A DNA stretch of 64,000 nt, from assembly GCA_022599915.1 (NCBI GenBank), contig JAHZLH010000027.1, positions 73,813 through 137,812 of the forward strand, in the 5' to 3' direction. The notes beneath the pieces were generated by a model. The model saw only the letters and a list, made by a program, of their open reading frames with translations. It searched no databases and was not told the origin of the DNA. This stretch comes from Actinomycetes bacterium (GTDB taxonomy: Bacteria > Actinomycetota > Actinomycetes > S36-B12 > GCA-2699445). Of the stretch, positions 19,142-29,474 are shown piece by piece; position 1 is the stretch's first letter, and each line of letters opens with the position of its first letter. The position numbers and the translations under genes were made by a program.

Positions 19142-19750
19142 TCATTGCAGGATGTAAATCATGGCGAATAGGGCAATCCACACGACGTCGACGAAGTGCC
19201 AGTAGTACGACGTGACAATCGCCGACGTTGCCTCTTGGTGGGTGAACCTACGCGCCATGTAGGTCCTAGCAAGTACGAATAAGAACGCGATTAGGCCACC
19301 TGTGACGTGCAGTCCGTGGAAGCCAGTGGTCAGGAAGAAAACGGAACCGTAGGCGGAGCCAGAGAAGCTCATGCCCTCTTCGAACAGCTTGCCGTATTCG
19401 TACACCTGACCAGCGATGAAGAACGATCCCATCAAGAACGTCACAACGAACCAGAAGCGTAGTCGGCGCACATCACCACGTTCCGCGGCGAAAACACCCA
19501 ACTGACAGGTAACTGAACTCAGCACCAGAATGGTGGTGTTGGCGGCCGCGAACGGCACGTTCAGCTTTTCGGTATCTTCTTTCCACACGTCAATGTTGAT
19601 GCCGCGCGTCGTGAGGTACATCGCGAACAGACCCGCGAAGAACATAAGTTCGCTGGACAGCCAGACGATAGTGCCAACCGAAACCATGTTTGGTCGGTTG
19701 GACGGCACGTGCGCCTGCGTCTCGGCAACGGTAGTTGTGGCCACCTCCAT
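19142..19750 (-). CDS. ctaE: cytochrome c oxidase (aa3) subunit III
   Basis: ..[28 protein letters not shown].. and ..[10 protein letters not shown].. are hallmark CtaE segments. It sits upstream of qcrCAB, as in other actinobacteria. Confidence 0.93.
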   Translation of the reverse strand: MEVATTTVAETQAHVPSNRPNMVSVGTIVWLSSELMFFAGLFAMYLTTRGINIDVWKEDTEKLNVPFAAANTTILVLSSVTCQLGVFAAERGDVRRLRFWFVVTFLMGSFFIAGQVYEYGKLFEEGMSFSGSAYGSVFFLTTGFHGLHVTGGLIAFLFVLARTYMARRFTHQEATSAIVTSYYWHFVDVVWIALFAMIYILQ

Positions 19751-19939
19751 ATCCTTGCAGAATGCGCGCGAGAGCGCTGAACGACCCCCCGATATTTGTG
19801 CTACACCCGCCGCAAAAGTTGGTCAAATAGCCCAGGTTTACGTCAATTTGACCGCTATCAGCCGACCTTCGTCGGAGCCCAACGGCTGCGATGCCCCGAC
19901 GATGGGTCAGGACTGCTCCGCGAGCGCTACTATCACCGC

Positions 19940-20350
19940 ATGGCCCCACGCACGCTAAAGATCCTGGTCTACTCCGACGATCGCGATACCCGCGCTCAGG
20001 TGATGGGCCTGTTAGGGCCCCGCCCGTCGGCCGAACTCCCACGAGTGGAGTACCTCGAAGCTACATCTGACGCCATGGTGATTCAGTGGATGGATACGGG
20101 TGGAATCGATCTGGCGATCTTGGATGGGGAAGCAGTACCCGCGGGCGGCATGGGAGTCTGCCGGCAACTCAAGGACGAGATCTACAACTGCCCGCCAATC
20201 CTGCTGGTTGTGGGACGAGAGGCCGATGCCTGGCTGGCCACCTGGTCCCGGGCCGACGACGTCGCTCCGCTGCCGCTGGATCCGCTGCGGTTCGCCGAGT
20301 CGGTTGCAGCGTTGCTGCGGCAACGTATCGCGGCAACGCCAGCTTCATAA
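19940..20350 (+). CDS. stand-alone receiver-like domain protein (probable pseudo-receiver)
   Basis: ATG 19940. KILVYSDD and DLAILDGE match the acidic pocket and phospho-Asp positions. I see no Thr/Ser or Lys at the expected downstream positions (LLVVGRE; APLPLDP). Confidence 0.6.
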   Translation: MAPRTLKILVYSDDRDTRAQVMGLLGPRPSAELPRVEYLEATSDAMVIQWMDTGGIDLAILDGEAVPAGGMGVCRQLKDEIYNCPPILLVVGREADAWLATWSRADDVAPLPLDPLRFAESVAALLRQRIAATPAS

Positions 20351-20408
20351 CCACTTGCACCTGCCAGCCGCCGGAAATTGCCCATCGCGGCTGGCTTAGG
20401 CTGCTGCG

Positions 20409-21473
20409 ATGAGTGATTTCACGTGGCCGCAGGTGCTGGAGCACCTGCTGAATGATGAAGATCTGTCCCCGGACGCAGCGCGTTGGGCTATGGCGCAGAT
20501 CATGTCCGGATCCGCCGCTCCGAGCCAGATCGCGGGCTTTCTGGTGGCGCTCCGCGGCAAAGGCACTTCGGGCGCTGAACTAGCCACCCTGGTCGAGGTC
20601 ATGCTGGATCATGCTGTCCCGGTCGACATCCCCGGGGTCACCGTCGACACCTGCGGCACTGGCGGGGATAACTCCGACTCCGCCAATATTTCCACCATGG
20701 CGGCAGTAGTTGTAGCCGCTGCTGGCGAGTACGTCGTCAAACACGGGAATCGCTCTGCCTCTTCGAAGTCGGGGTCTGCTGACGTACTGGAGGCGCTGGG
20801 AATCCCACTGGAACTCTCCGCCGAACAGGTGGCGGAATCTGTACAGCAGCACGGAATTGGATTTTGTTTCGCTCGTTCGTTCCACCCGGCCATGAGATTC
20901 GCCGGGCCAGTACGTGCCGAACTCGGTATCCGCACAGTTTTCAACGTGCTGGGCCCACTGGCCAACCCGGCACGCCCCAAAGCACAGGTAGTAGGGGTAG
21001 CAGACCCCTTAATGGCACCCATCGTGGCCGCTGCCCTCGCCGAACGCGGCAGCTCCGCGCTGGTCGTTCGTGGTGATGATGGGCTTGATGAGGTAACCAC
21101 CACAACCACCACAACGTTCTGGGACTGCCGCACTGGGTCGGTTCAGCAGGCAACCGTAGACGTCGCAGATCTCGGCATCCCCAGAGCCACCGCCGCTGAT
21201 TTGCGCGGCGGTGACGCGGCAGAAAACGCAGACATCATGCGTGCGGTGTTGTCGCCCGGCGATGCCGGATCACTTGCTGCGATTCGGGACGCCACCGTGG
21301 TAAATGCGGCAGCCGCACTGGTCGCCGCCGATTCGGCTCACAGCGGCGAGGCACCTGATCTCGTGCCGGCATTGGCCCGTCAGGTAGAACGAGCCAATGC
21401 CGCCATATCGTCTGGTGCCGCTAGCGAGATTCTTGCTGGCTGGGTCGCGACCGGAGCCGCCCCGCGCGAATAG
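20409..21473 (+). CDS. trpD: anthranilate phosphoribosyltransferase
   Basis: GFLVALRGKG, TCGTGGD, KHGNRSASSKSGSADVLEALG and ANPA motifs. 354 aa. Confidence 0.95.
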   Translation: MSDFTWPQVLEHLLNDEDLSPDAARWAMAQIMSGSAAPSQIAGFLVALRGKGTSGAELATLVEVMLDHAVPVDIPGVTVDTCGTGGDNSDSANISTMAAVVVAAAGEYVVKHGNRSASSKSGSADVLEALGIPLELSAEQVAESVQQHGIGFCFARSFHPAMRFAGPVRAELGIRTVFNVLGPLANPARPKAQVVGVADPLMAPIVAAALAERGSSALVVRGDDGLDEVTTTTTTTFWDCRTGSVQQATVDVADLGIPRATAADLRGGDAAENADIMRAVLSPGDAGSLAAIRDATVVNAAAALVAADSAHSGEAPDLVPALARQVERANAAISSGAASEILAGWVATGAAPRE

Positions 21474-23233
21474 TGATCGGCGCGGGGCTGCCGCGCCGGC
21501 TTAGGCATCGTCTCGGTGAACCGCTGCGGTGAATCAACTGCCAGCGACAGCGGCTCACTGCTCGCCACCAAACGAACACCCGGCTGCCACAGCCACGCCG
21601 AGATCAATGCTGATTCCTCTGGCAGCGCGGCTGTGTCACCAGTTCGGGGCGGGTCGGTATGCGCTGCGGTGGCAACTGCGGCGGCCACTGCCGCTTTGGG
21701 ATCCTCCCCCGGTCGCACCCGCGCAGCTGCGGCAAGTCGGCCGTAGCGAATAACGTGCAACTCCCAGTCCTGACCATCCGCTCGGGCAGCCACAATCTCG
21801 GCAGTCGATCCCAGCAGGAGCCGCTCCGACATCTTGCTCGCACCCTGTAGCAGCACCCGCAACCGTTCCCGCTCCCGTGCCGCAGTCTCGAACTCTTCCG
21901 CCGTAGCGAGTTGCTGCATACGTTCACGCACTGCCGTGACCACTACAGACGGCTCCGCCAGTGCGGTTGCGGCTTGCTCGGCTAGTTGGGCGTACTGAGC
22001 ATGGGCGGCGGGATCAATACACGGAGCACAACAAGTGCCCAGATCCGCCGCGATACAGGAAGGCGATCGGACGGAGCGGGCGATCCGAGCCGAGCACGTG
22101 CGCAGCGGAATAGCCTGATGCACAGCCTCACGTGCCATCTCAGCAACCTTGCTCGACGGAAAAGGTCCGCAATACTGCGCCCCGCGGTCAATATCGGCGC
22201 CAACCTTGCGGGCAACAGCCAGCCTCGGAAATGGCTCAACTGTCAGTTTCAGCCAGACTGCTTTGTTTGGATTCTTAGATTTGCGGTTGTACGGCGGTTG
22301 GTGTTCCGCGATGAGCCGAACCTCGCGAATCTGCGCCTCGAGATCCGTGGCACAGGGGATGGGGTGAACCCGAGCCGCGATTCGGACCATCTCCAAGATG
22401 CGCCCCCGCTTCTCCGATTTCGTGAAGTAGCTGCGGACTCGGGTCCGGATCGAGCCGGACTTTCCAACGTAGAGCGGTTGATCAGCAGGGCCCAAAAACA
22501 TGTAGACCCCTGGGGCGTCCGGGAGACCGTCGGCCAAGGTCCGCTTACCGCGTTGTTCGCGGGTGATGCGGCTGCTGACCTGCATCAGGTCGGTCAGGTG
22601 GCTGACACCGAAGCCAGCCCCCCGCTCCAGCAATCCATGCAGCACAGTCACAGTTGCGCGGGCATCAGATAACGCCCGGTGATTGGGAGTGGTGTCTGCC
22701 CGGAAGTAGGCGGCCAGTGTGGCTAGTTTGTTATTGCGGACCTCGTCGCGATTGAGAAATACCCGTGCCAGCCTTGCGGTGTCCACCACCGCGGCGTCTG
22801 GCCAAACCATGTCCAACTGATCACAGGCCGCTTTCAAGAAGCCCATATCGAATCTGGCATTATGCGCCACCAGCACCGCGCCGTGGGCAAACTCCAGAAA
22901 TGCGGGCAAGACCGCCCCAATGGCTGGCGCATCGGCAAGTGTGGCATCTGTAATTCCGGTGAGGGCCGCAATAAAGGGTGGCACCAGAACGCCCGGATTC
23001 ACCAAGCTCTGGAATTCCCCGATCACTTCTCCCCCACGTATTCGAACCGCACCGACCTCGGTGATGTGACAGTCGCGTGGGGAACCGCCAGTAGTTTCCA
23101 AATCAACCACGACGAAATCTACCTCTGCCAGTGGTGGACCGAGATCGGTAAAGGCTGCCTGCACCGGAGTACCCGGTTTACCCAGAGCGGTCGTGCGCTG
23201 ATCCGCACCAGTTTGCGGTCTGGGCTCGTTCAT
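21380..23233 (-). CDS. DEDD 3'-5' exonuclease (DnaQ-like) fused to GIY-YIG/UvrC-like nuclease domain
   Basis: Exo I VVVDLETTGG, Exo III HRALSDA, and GIY-YIG GVYMF..LYVGKS..R..SYF. I chose ATG 23233 as the start (MNEPRPQ..), but this is uncertain. The 3' end overlaps the trpD 3' end. Confidence 0.85.
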   Translation of the reverse strand: MNEPRPQTGADQRTTALGKPGTPVQAAFTDLGPPLAEVDFVVVDLETTGGSPRDCHITEVGAVRIRGGEVIGEFQSLVNPGVLVPPFIAALTGITDATLADAPAIGAVLPAFLEFAHGAVLVAHNARFDMGFLKAACDQLDMVWPDAAVVDTARLARVFLNRDEVRNNKLATLAAYFRADTTPNHRALSDARATVTVLHGLLERGAGFGVSHLTDLMQVSSRITREQRGKRTLADGLPDAPGVYMFLGPADQPLYVGKSGSIRTRVRSYFTKSEKRGRILEMVRIAARVHPIPCATDLEAQIREVRLIAEHQPPYNRKSKNPNKAVWLKLTVEPFPRLAVARKVGADIDRGAQYCGPFPSSKVAEMAREAVHQAIPLRTCSARIARSVRSPSCIAADLGTCCAPCIDPAAHAQYAQLAEQAATALAEPSVVVTAVRERMQQLATAEEFETAARERERLRVLLQGASKMSERLLLGSTAEIVAARADGQDWELHVIRYGRLAAAARVRPGEDPKAAVAAAVATAAHTDPPRTGDTAALPEESALISAWLWQPGVRLVASSEPLSLAVDSPQRFTETMPKPARQPRADHYSRGAAPVATQPARISLAAPDDMAALARST

Positions 23234-23437
23234 TGAGGGCACATCTGCACCGTAGGCGGTCACTCCGACGATCCGCCGCTGCGACGCGGCCACAGCACTG
23301 CAGCGACTGCCCGAAGAACAGGCACGACAGCGCAACAGTCGTCACATCATCGAACTACTTGGCTATTCCGGCGGACTGCGCGCCATCCTCGGCGGCGGCG
23401 TCGTGGCCGGTACATTACTTGCGGACGATTCCCGGCT

Positions 23438-23731
23438 GTGGGCCGCAGTCACGTTGGCCTTAACCATGTGCCTGGTCGTCGCGACCGCCATTGTGGCGGC
23501 AACTGGCCCTGGGCGGTCGCAGTTGTACTCACTCCAGCCATGTGGCTCATGCACGACGTCGACGACGAACTCGGCACCGGCTTGGCGACACTGGCAGCGG
23601 GCTTGCTGCTCGCTGGCGCGAGCGTACTGCTGACGGTGGTACGGCGGCGGACGCAGTACGGCAAGTCAACCGAGACATCTGCCGGAGTCACCCGACCAGA
23701 TTCACTACCTGATCACAGCGTCACACCGTAG
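23438..23731 (+). CDS. small hypothetical membrane protein, possibly frameshifted (see findings)
   Basis: The C-terminal half (MWLMHDVDDELGTGLATLAAGLLLAGASVLLTVVRRR..) looks protein-like. Upstream of about 23530 the overlapping frame (GTG 23403, ..LWAAVTLALTMCLVVATAIVAATG..) looks the more coding of the two. Confidence 0.3.
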   Translation: MGRSHVGLNHVPGRRDRHCGGNWPWAVAVVLTPAMWLMHDVDDELGTGLATLAAGLLLAGASVLLTVVRRRTQYGKSTETSAGVTRPDSLPDHSVTP

Positions 23732-23778
23732 TTGCCAGACAGTCACAGGGCCGAACCTTCGGCCAGTGACTAGGCGTT

Positions 23779-24981
23779 CTAGGCGGTGAGTGCACTGCCC
23801 GCTTTCCAGTCCTTCCAGGACTCTTCCCACACGGTCCAGCCATTACCCAAGTCTTGCGACCGACCGGTGTTCTTCACGGTCAACACATCACCGATCCGGG
23901 AGAGGTTGAACAACCAGGTCGCATTGCTGGGAGCCAGGTTGATGCAACCGTGACTGACGTTGGCGTTTCCCTGCGAACCGACTGACCACGGTGCGGAGTG
24001 AACGTATTCCCCAGACCAGGTCACCCGCATCGCCCAATAGACGTCCAGCCGGTAGTACTCGGGGTCATCCTCGTCGACACCGAGCGTGCCCGCGTCCATG
24101 ACGACGTGCTGTTCCTTGCTCATGATCACCTTGGTGCCACTGCGAGTCTCGTAGCCGGGTTTGCCCGTCGAGCTTGGCATTTTCCGCAACACTTTTCCGT
24201 TCTTACGAACGGTCATCACCTTGGCGGCAGAGTCTTGCACCATGATGATTTCGTCGCCGATCTTGAAGGTCTCGCGCTTGTTGTCCAGCGGATAAAAATC
24301 GTCACCAGCATTCACGCCTTTGAAATCGGCGTTGATCTTGACCTTGGTCTTCGCGGGCCAATATTTCTTGGGCCGGTAGGTGACCTGGGAATCGCCCTCC
24401 CAGTTCCATGCGCCCACGACCGGCTCGTCTGCGTTGGTTTCTACCACCAGCTTTTCTTCGATCTCCGCCTTATTCGTCACTGGCGAGTTAAAGGTCATGA
24501 TGATCGGCATCCCGACGCCATAGGTAGCGCCAGGCTCGATGTTGGTCGATGCCACTAGTTCGTTCTCGGGATAGAACGTCCGGAAAGTGTCGGTTGTCCG
24601 AGTCTCGTTACCTCGCATGTCTAACGCGATGACAGAGACCGTGTACTTGGTATCGAAATCTAAGTCGCTGCCCTCGATTTGCCAGCCGGCGCCAGCCTTG
24701 ACCGATTGACCACCGATCCGCTGACCATCGGGGCCAACAACGGTGACCTGCTGGATACGACCCTCTTTGACCTTGATCGCCGGGATCTCGTCGAACGTGA
24801 CGTCTTTCTTGCCGAACAACTTCGACTTCACGATCGCCTGCGGTTCTGACCAAGGCGGCGTGATCATGCTCAAGGTCGGCCCACACGAGGTCACAACCAA
24901 AGCAGAAACGGTAGCCGCGACAGTGCCACCAACTACCCGTCGACGGTTTCGCCGTCGTACAACATTTTCACCCACGAACAA
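23779..24981 (-). CDS. L,D-transpeptidase lipoprotein (YkuD domain with N-terminal Ig-like domains)
   Basis: Catalytic motif HSAPW..NVSHGCINL. Lipobox ALVVTSC follows an Arg-rich N-terminus. The start is TTG 24981 or GTG 24975. Confidence 0.9.
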   Translation of the reverse strand: MFVGENVVRRRNRRRVVGGTVAATVSALVVTSCGPTLSMITPPWSEPQAIVKSKLFGKKDVTFDEIPAIKVKEGRIQQVTVVGPDGQRIGGQSVKAGAGWQIEGSDLDFDTKYTVSVIALDMRGNETRTTDTFRTFYPENELVASTNIEPGATYGVGMPIIMTFNSPVTNKAEIEEKLVVETNADEPVVGAWNWEGDSQVTYRPKKYWPAKTKVKINADFKGVNAGDDFYPLDNKRETFKIGDEIIMVQDSAAKVMTVRKNGKVLRKMPSSTGKPGYETRSGTKVIMSKEQHVVMDAGTLGVDEDDPEYYRLDVYWAMRVTWSGEYVHSAPWSVGSQGNANVSHGCINLAPSNATWLFNLSRIGDVLTVKNTGRSQDLGNGWTVWEESWKDWKAGSALTA

Positions 24982-25179
24982 TCCCCACGTTCTATCGATC
25001 AGGGTTTACCGACCCCACGTTCATTGCCTAGCCCTCAGTGTGAAACAACTCGACTACTTCTGCCAGCAATTTCCGCACGTAGAGACCGAGGAATTATCAA
25101 AAAAGCGACCCTGCTCACTCAAACGGGAGCAAATCCTCGGAATCCGAAGGATGACGGTACCTCAGATAGCCGAATGGCA

Positions 25180-25575
25180 TCAGTGGGCGAAGTCACCGTA
25201 GTAATACTCGAACAGCCAGCCCGCAGCGGTCAGAAGCACCAGCAGGATTCCGAAAGCGAACATCCAGGCCGCGAAAATGAAGCCCAAGACCAGCACGAAT
25301 ACCGCGAAGCCAACCGCCAGCGGCCACCATGAATGCGGACTGAAGAAACCGTATTCGGGGTCGGCATCCTCGATGTTGCCATCTCGGCGATCTTCTGGCC
25401 GGGCACCGACTCGCTTAGCGGTGTACAGGATGTAAAAGCCAGCAACCAAGGTAAGGAGTCCGGTGAAGAGCAACAGCGTCGTACCAATCACATCGCGGCT
25501 CAGCCAGGCATAGGCGACACCCACAATGGTGTAGAAGAAGAAGCCTGCGGCAAAGAGCCAGCCCTCAATCTTCAC
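25180..25575 (-). CDS. ctaF: cytochrome c oxidase subunit IV (actinobacterial CtaF)
   Basis: 131 aa, 4 TM helices, starting MKIEGWLF... ATGA overlap with the ctaD stop. Confidence 0.85.
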   Translation of the reverse strand: MKIEGWLFAAGFFFYTIVGVAYAWLSRDVIGTTLLLFTGLLTLVAGFYILYTAKRVGARPEDRRDGNIEDADPEYGFFSPHSWWPLAVGFAVFVLVLGFIFAAWMFAFGILLVLLTAAGWLFEYYYGDFAH

Positions 25576-27350
25576 TTGTCTGTCCCTTCTGCTGTGCCGG
25601 CAGAATCGTCGGCCGGCGCCGCCGACACCGCCTCGGCGAAGTGACCAACGACTTGTTCGCCGTCAGTCTTATGTTCTATGTCCGGATAATGCAGATCGAA
25701 GGCCGGTCGCTCCGAGCGGATCTTTGGTAGCGACGTGAAATTGTGTCGCGGCGGTGGGCATGACGTTGCCCATTCCAGCGAGCCGCCGAAGCCCCAAGGA
25801 TCATCGACACCCACCATGGGCGCCTTCAGCCAGGTATGGAACACGTTGATCAAGAAGAACACGGTCGACGCAGCTACCAAGATAGAGCCGTAGGTCGATA
25901 TCTGGTTCATCTCGGTGAACCCGTCGCTGGCTAGATAGTCACCGTAGCGACGCGGCATGCCCTTAACGCCCACCCAGTGCTGGATGAGGAAGGTCACCTG
26001 GAAGCCGATGAATAGCAGCCAGAAATGCCACTTACCCAACGTCTCGTTAAGTTTTCGACCCGTCCACTTTGGCCACCAGAAGTAATAGGCGGCAAACATC
26101 AAGAACACCACCGTGCCAAAGACGGTGTAGTGGAAGTGCGCAACCACGAAGTAGGAGTCAGAGACCGGGAAGTCCAGCGGTGGCGAGGCCAAGATCACCC
26201 CGGTTAGGCCACCAAACAGGAAGGTGGCCATGAATCCCAGTGTGAAGAGCATAGGTGTCTCGAAAGACAAGGATCCCTTCCACATCGTGCCCACCCAGTT
26301 GAAGAATTTCACGCCTGTGGGCACGGCAATCAACATCGTCATCAGCGCGAAGAACGGCAAGTAAATCGAGCCGGTGACGTACATATGGTGAGCCCATACA
26401 GCGACCGAGAGGCCGGCGATTGCGATCGTGGCGAAGACCAAGCCCTTGTAGCCAAAGATCGGTTTACGACTGAAGACTGGCAGGACTTCACTGGCAACCC
26501 CGAAGAACGGCAGCGCCAAGATATAGACCTCGGGGTGACCGAAGAACCAGAACAAGTGCTGCCACAAAATGGCACCACCATTGTCCGCGGCGAAAACTAC
26601 GGTGCCGAACTTACGGTCCACTTCCAGCACCACCAGCGCCGCAGCCAGTAGCGGGAAGGCGAACAGCACCAGGATGCTGGTTACAAAGATTGTCCACGAG
26701 AACACCGGCATCCGGAACATGGTCATACCGGGCGCGCGCATGCAGAAGATGGTGGTGATGAAGTTGACCGCACCCAAAATGGTGCCGAGGCCACCCATCG
26801 CCAGACCCATCAGCCACAGATCGCCACCCACGCTGGGCGAGAAGACTCCGTCGGACAGTGGCGCATAGGCAGTCCAGCCGAAGGCTGCTGCCCCGTCTGG
26901 GGTGATCAAACTCAACGACACCGTCAAGCCGCCGAAGAAGAACAGCCAGTAGCCCAACATGTTGAGCCGAGGGAAAGCCACGTCGGGAGCGCCGATCTGC
27001 AGCGGCATGATGGCGTTACCCAAGCCTACGAACAGCGGCGTTGCGAAAAGGAACAGCATGATGGTGCCGTGCATGGTGAAGAGCTGGTTGTACTGCTCCA
27101 GGGAAACAAACTGCATCCCCGGCTCGAAGAGTTCCAGCCGGATGATCAGCGCCATCACGCCAGCGACGAGGAAAAAGACAAAGGATTGGATCAGGTAGAG
27201 GTAACCGATGATCTTGTGATCAGTACTGGTCAACCAGTTGACGATGGTTCGTCCCAGGCGAAAGTCGCTCTTGGGTTCCCACGACTCTCCTTGATAGCGG
27301 GGAGGAGTCGGATCGGCAGATTCCTTGGGGGGCTCCGCGAGAATGGTCAT
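25572..27350 (-). CDS. ctaD: cytochrome c oxidase subunit I
   Basis: 592 aa with canonical haem-copper oxidase segments (..[10 protein letters not shown].., [20 protein letters not shown]). ATGA overlap with ctaC. Confidence 0.96.
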   Translation of the reverse strand: MTILAEPPKESADPTPPRYQGESWEPKSDFRLGRTIVNWLTSTDHKIIGYLYLIQSFVFFLVAGVMALIIRLELFEPGMQFVSLEQYNQLFTMHGTIMLFLFATPLFVGLGNAIMPLQIGAPDVAFPRLNMLGYWLFFFGGLTVSLSLITPDGAAAFGWTAYAPLSDGVFSPSVGGDLWLMGLAMGGLGTILGAVNFITTIFCMRAPGMTMFRMPVFSWTIFVTSILVLFAFPLLAAALVVLEVDRKFGTVVFAADNGGAILWQHLFWFFGHPEVYILALPFFGVASEVLPVFSRKPIFGYKGLVFATIAIAGLSVAVWAHHMYVTGSIYLPFFALMTMLIAVPTGVKFFNWVGTMWKGSLSFETPMLFTLGFMATFLFGGLTGVILASPPLDFPVSDSYFVVAHFHYTVFGTVVFLMFAAYYFWWPKWTGRKLNETLGKWHFWLLFIGFQVTFLIQHWVGVKGMPRRYGDYLASDGFTEMNQISTYGSILVAASTVFFLINVFHTWLKAPMVGVDDPWGFGGSLEWATSCPPPRHNFTSLPKIRSERPAFDLHYPDIEHKTDGEQVVGHFAEAVSAAPADDSAGTAEGTDK

Positions 27351-28180
27351 TCCGAGGTCCTTCCTTCGACTCCGGGTACACCGGAGGTGCCAACCCGACC
27401 CGTCTCAAGTTGACCGCTGTTTCCAGCAGCGCGTAGGTCTTCCATGTGTGCCTCGAACTCCGCCCGAGGTACGACCTTCACATCAAATAGCATCCGGGAG
27501 TGATCGACGCCGCACAACTCGGCACACTTACCGACGAACTCACCTTGTTTGTTCGGCGTCACGATGAAGGAGTTCATCTTGCCGGGAATGACGTCTTTCT
27601 TGAACAGCCAGGCCGGAACCCAGAAAGAGTGAATGACGTCCGGTGAAGTCAAGTCGATGCGCACTGGCTCATCGACCGGCAACCACAGCATGGGATCGTC
27701 TTGTGGCGTTCCGATTTCGAAAGTGTCTTCTTCTACGTAGTTGAAGGCCCAACTCCACCGGAAACCGACCACATTCACCGTATGGTCACTGGGCTTGTCA
27801 ACGCTCAAGATCTCAGAGCCGTCGCGAGCCGCGAACCAGAACAGTCCGAAGATCATGATCAGTGGCGCCACCGTGTACATAACTTCGAGCGGCAGGTTGT
27901 AGGCGGTCTGCTCGGGAATGCCACTGCGCTTGCGGCGGGCAAAGAGGATGATCGCAACGATCATGAGACCCCACACCAGCATCCCCACTGGCCAGGCCGC
28001 TACCCAAGCGCCTTCCCAGAGGTCCTCAATGAGGATTCCCTCTTCCGTGGCGGGCTCAGGAATCCCGATAAACAGTGTTTCTCGAGCGCTACAACCCGTG
28101 GCAACGAGCAATGCAGCAGTCGCAAGACCGGCTCCCCCGATCCGGCGCCGAAATCGCGAGGCGTTTCCGGAACTAGCCAC
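27347..28180 (-). CDS. ctaC: cytochrome c oxidase subunit II (lipoprotein)
   Basis: CuA site [13 protein letters not shown] and lipobox LVATGC. Confidence 0.94.
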   Translation of the reverse strand: MASSGNASRFRRRIGGAGLATAALLVATGCSARETLFIGIPEPATEEGILIEDLWEGAWVAAWPVGMLVWGLMIVAIILFARRKRSGIPEQTAYNLPLEVMYTVAPLIMIFGLFWFAARDGSEILSVDKPSDHTVNVVGFRWSWAFNYVEEDTFEIGTPQDDPMLWLPVDEPVRIDLTSPDVIHSFWVPAWLFKKDVIPGKMNSFIVTPNKQGEFVGKCAELCGVDHSRMLFDVKVVPRAEFEAHMEDLRAAGNSGQLETGRVGTSGVPGVEGRTSE

Positions 28181-28310
28181 AGCATCATCTCCTCAACGAA
28201 CCCCTTGGGGTTGCCACGGATTTCGCAGCATCGTCGACAAACAGCCGTCTGCACGAGACTAGCGCAAGAGCGGGCCGCCCACACCCGAGGGTGCCAGGTA
28301 GCGTTCAGTT

Positions 28311-29474
28311 ATGTCCCGTTCACCGATCGACATCCGGTCAGGCACCGAAATGAGTGATGTTGAGCGGCAAAAATACCGCTATTGGGATGCAGCTTCCGGC
28401 CTGCCGCTGTCCCCCGCTGGACGGCAAGCGCTAACCACGGCCTGGGATTCTGCTTGGCCGGATCCGTCCCGTCGCTACGCCGCTGCGCGGCAATCGCACA
28501 GATTGCTGGACGCCGCCCGTAGCTCCGTGGCTAACAGGCTGGGAATTGGTGCGGCCGGGGTGTTCTTTCTGCCCGATATCGACACCGCGATCACCACGGC
28601 ACTGTCTGGCTTTCCCGCGCACCGACTGCTGGTTTCTGCAGTCGAGGACACCGCAATTCTTCGAGCCACCGACGAGCGGCAACGGCGGGGAGCGGCGCTA
28701 ACTACTGCGCCGGTCACTGACAGCGGGGTCGTGGCAGCTGCCGGCGTCGGCCAAGCCGCTCATCCCAGCGATTCTGCGCTGCTCGTGATTCAGGACGTGA
28801 ACATCGAGATCGGCAGCCGGCAACCGTTGGCCGAACTGGGCGCACTGCTGCCGGCGCAATCCCTGGTCTTGGCTGATGGCCGAGCGTCAGTGGGTCGGGA
28901 CACCGTGGCTGACAGTTGGGATCTGTTGCTGGCCGACCCGCGTATGTGGGGCGGACCGCCGGGATGTGCCGTGCTGGCAGTCCGGGAGCCGCAGCATTTT
29001 CACCCGCAGACACCCTGGCTTGGTGGATTTGCGGACATCGAGCCGGCGAATCCAGCTGTGCCATTAATCGCCGCCGCTGCGCTGGCGCTTGAGCAGCAAG
29101 CTGAAGATCGGGCGAACACCGCGGCGATCAGTGACTACCTGCGCACCACCGTGCCGGAGACCATCCCCGACTGTGAGGTCGTGGGAGTCCCGACGTCCAG
29201 TTTCATCACCATGTTCACTTTTCTGTACGTGGCAGCAGACGAGTTAATCGACGAGCTGGCCCGGCGAGGGTGGTCTTGCGCCAGCGGCGCCTCGTGCACC
29301 TCCGACACCCAACGCCCGCACCACGTGCTAACGGCGGTCGGGGCTTCCAGTCACGGAAGTCTGCGGGTTTCGCTACCACCCTGGATTAGACAGCAAGACG
29401 CCCACGATTTCGTCGCTGAACTCGCTGACATCGTGACGATATTGCGCCGCGAAGCTGGAGCTGCGGAACTATGA
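28311..29474 (+). CDS. cysteine desulfurase / class-V aminotransferase homologue, apparently lacking the PLP-binding lysine
   Basis: The overall IscS/NifS-like layout and the C-terminal CASGASCTSD..HHVLTAVG..SLRVSL loop are retained. The SxHKxxGPxG position reads ADPRMWGGPPG, with no Lys. Confidence 0.7.
   Translation: MSRSPIDIRSGTEMSDVERQKYRYWDAASGLPLSPAGRQALTTAWDSAWPDPSRRYAAARQSHRLLDAARSSVANRLGIGAAGVFFLPDIDTAITTALSGFPAHRLLVSAVEDTAILRATDERQRRGAALTTAPVTDSGVVAAAGVGQAAHPSDSALLVIQDVNIEIGSRQPLAELGALLPAQSLVLADGRASVGRDTVADSWDLLLADPRMWGGPPGCAVLAVREPQHFHPQTPWLGGFADIEPANPAVPLIAAAALALEQQAEDRANTAAISDYLRTTVPETIPDCEVVGVPTSSFITMFTFLYVAADELIDELARRGWSCASGASCTSDTQRPHHVLTAVGASSHGSLRVSLPPWIRQQDAHDFVAELADIVTILRREAGAAEL

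Noticed and set aside
25081-25179. Possible intrinsic terminator after ctaF (T-run at 25100-25105 on the minus strand)
   Set aside because: Only weak 5-bp stems (TGCTC/GAGCA, ATCCT..AGGAT with a bulge) can be drawn. This is not convincing enough to annotate.
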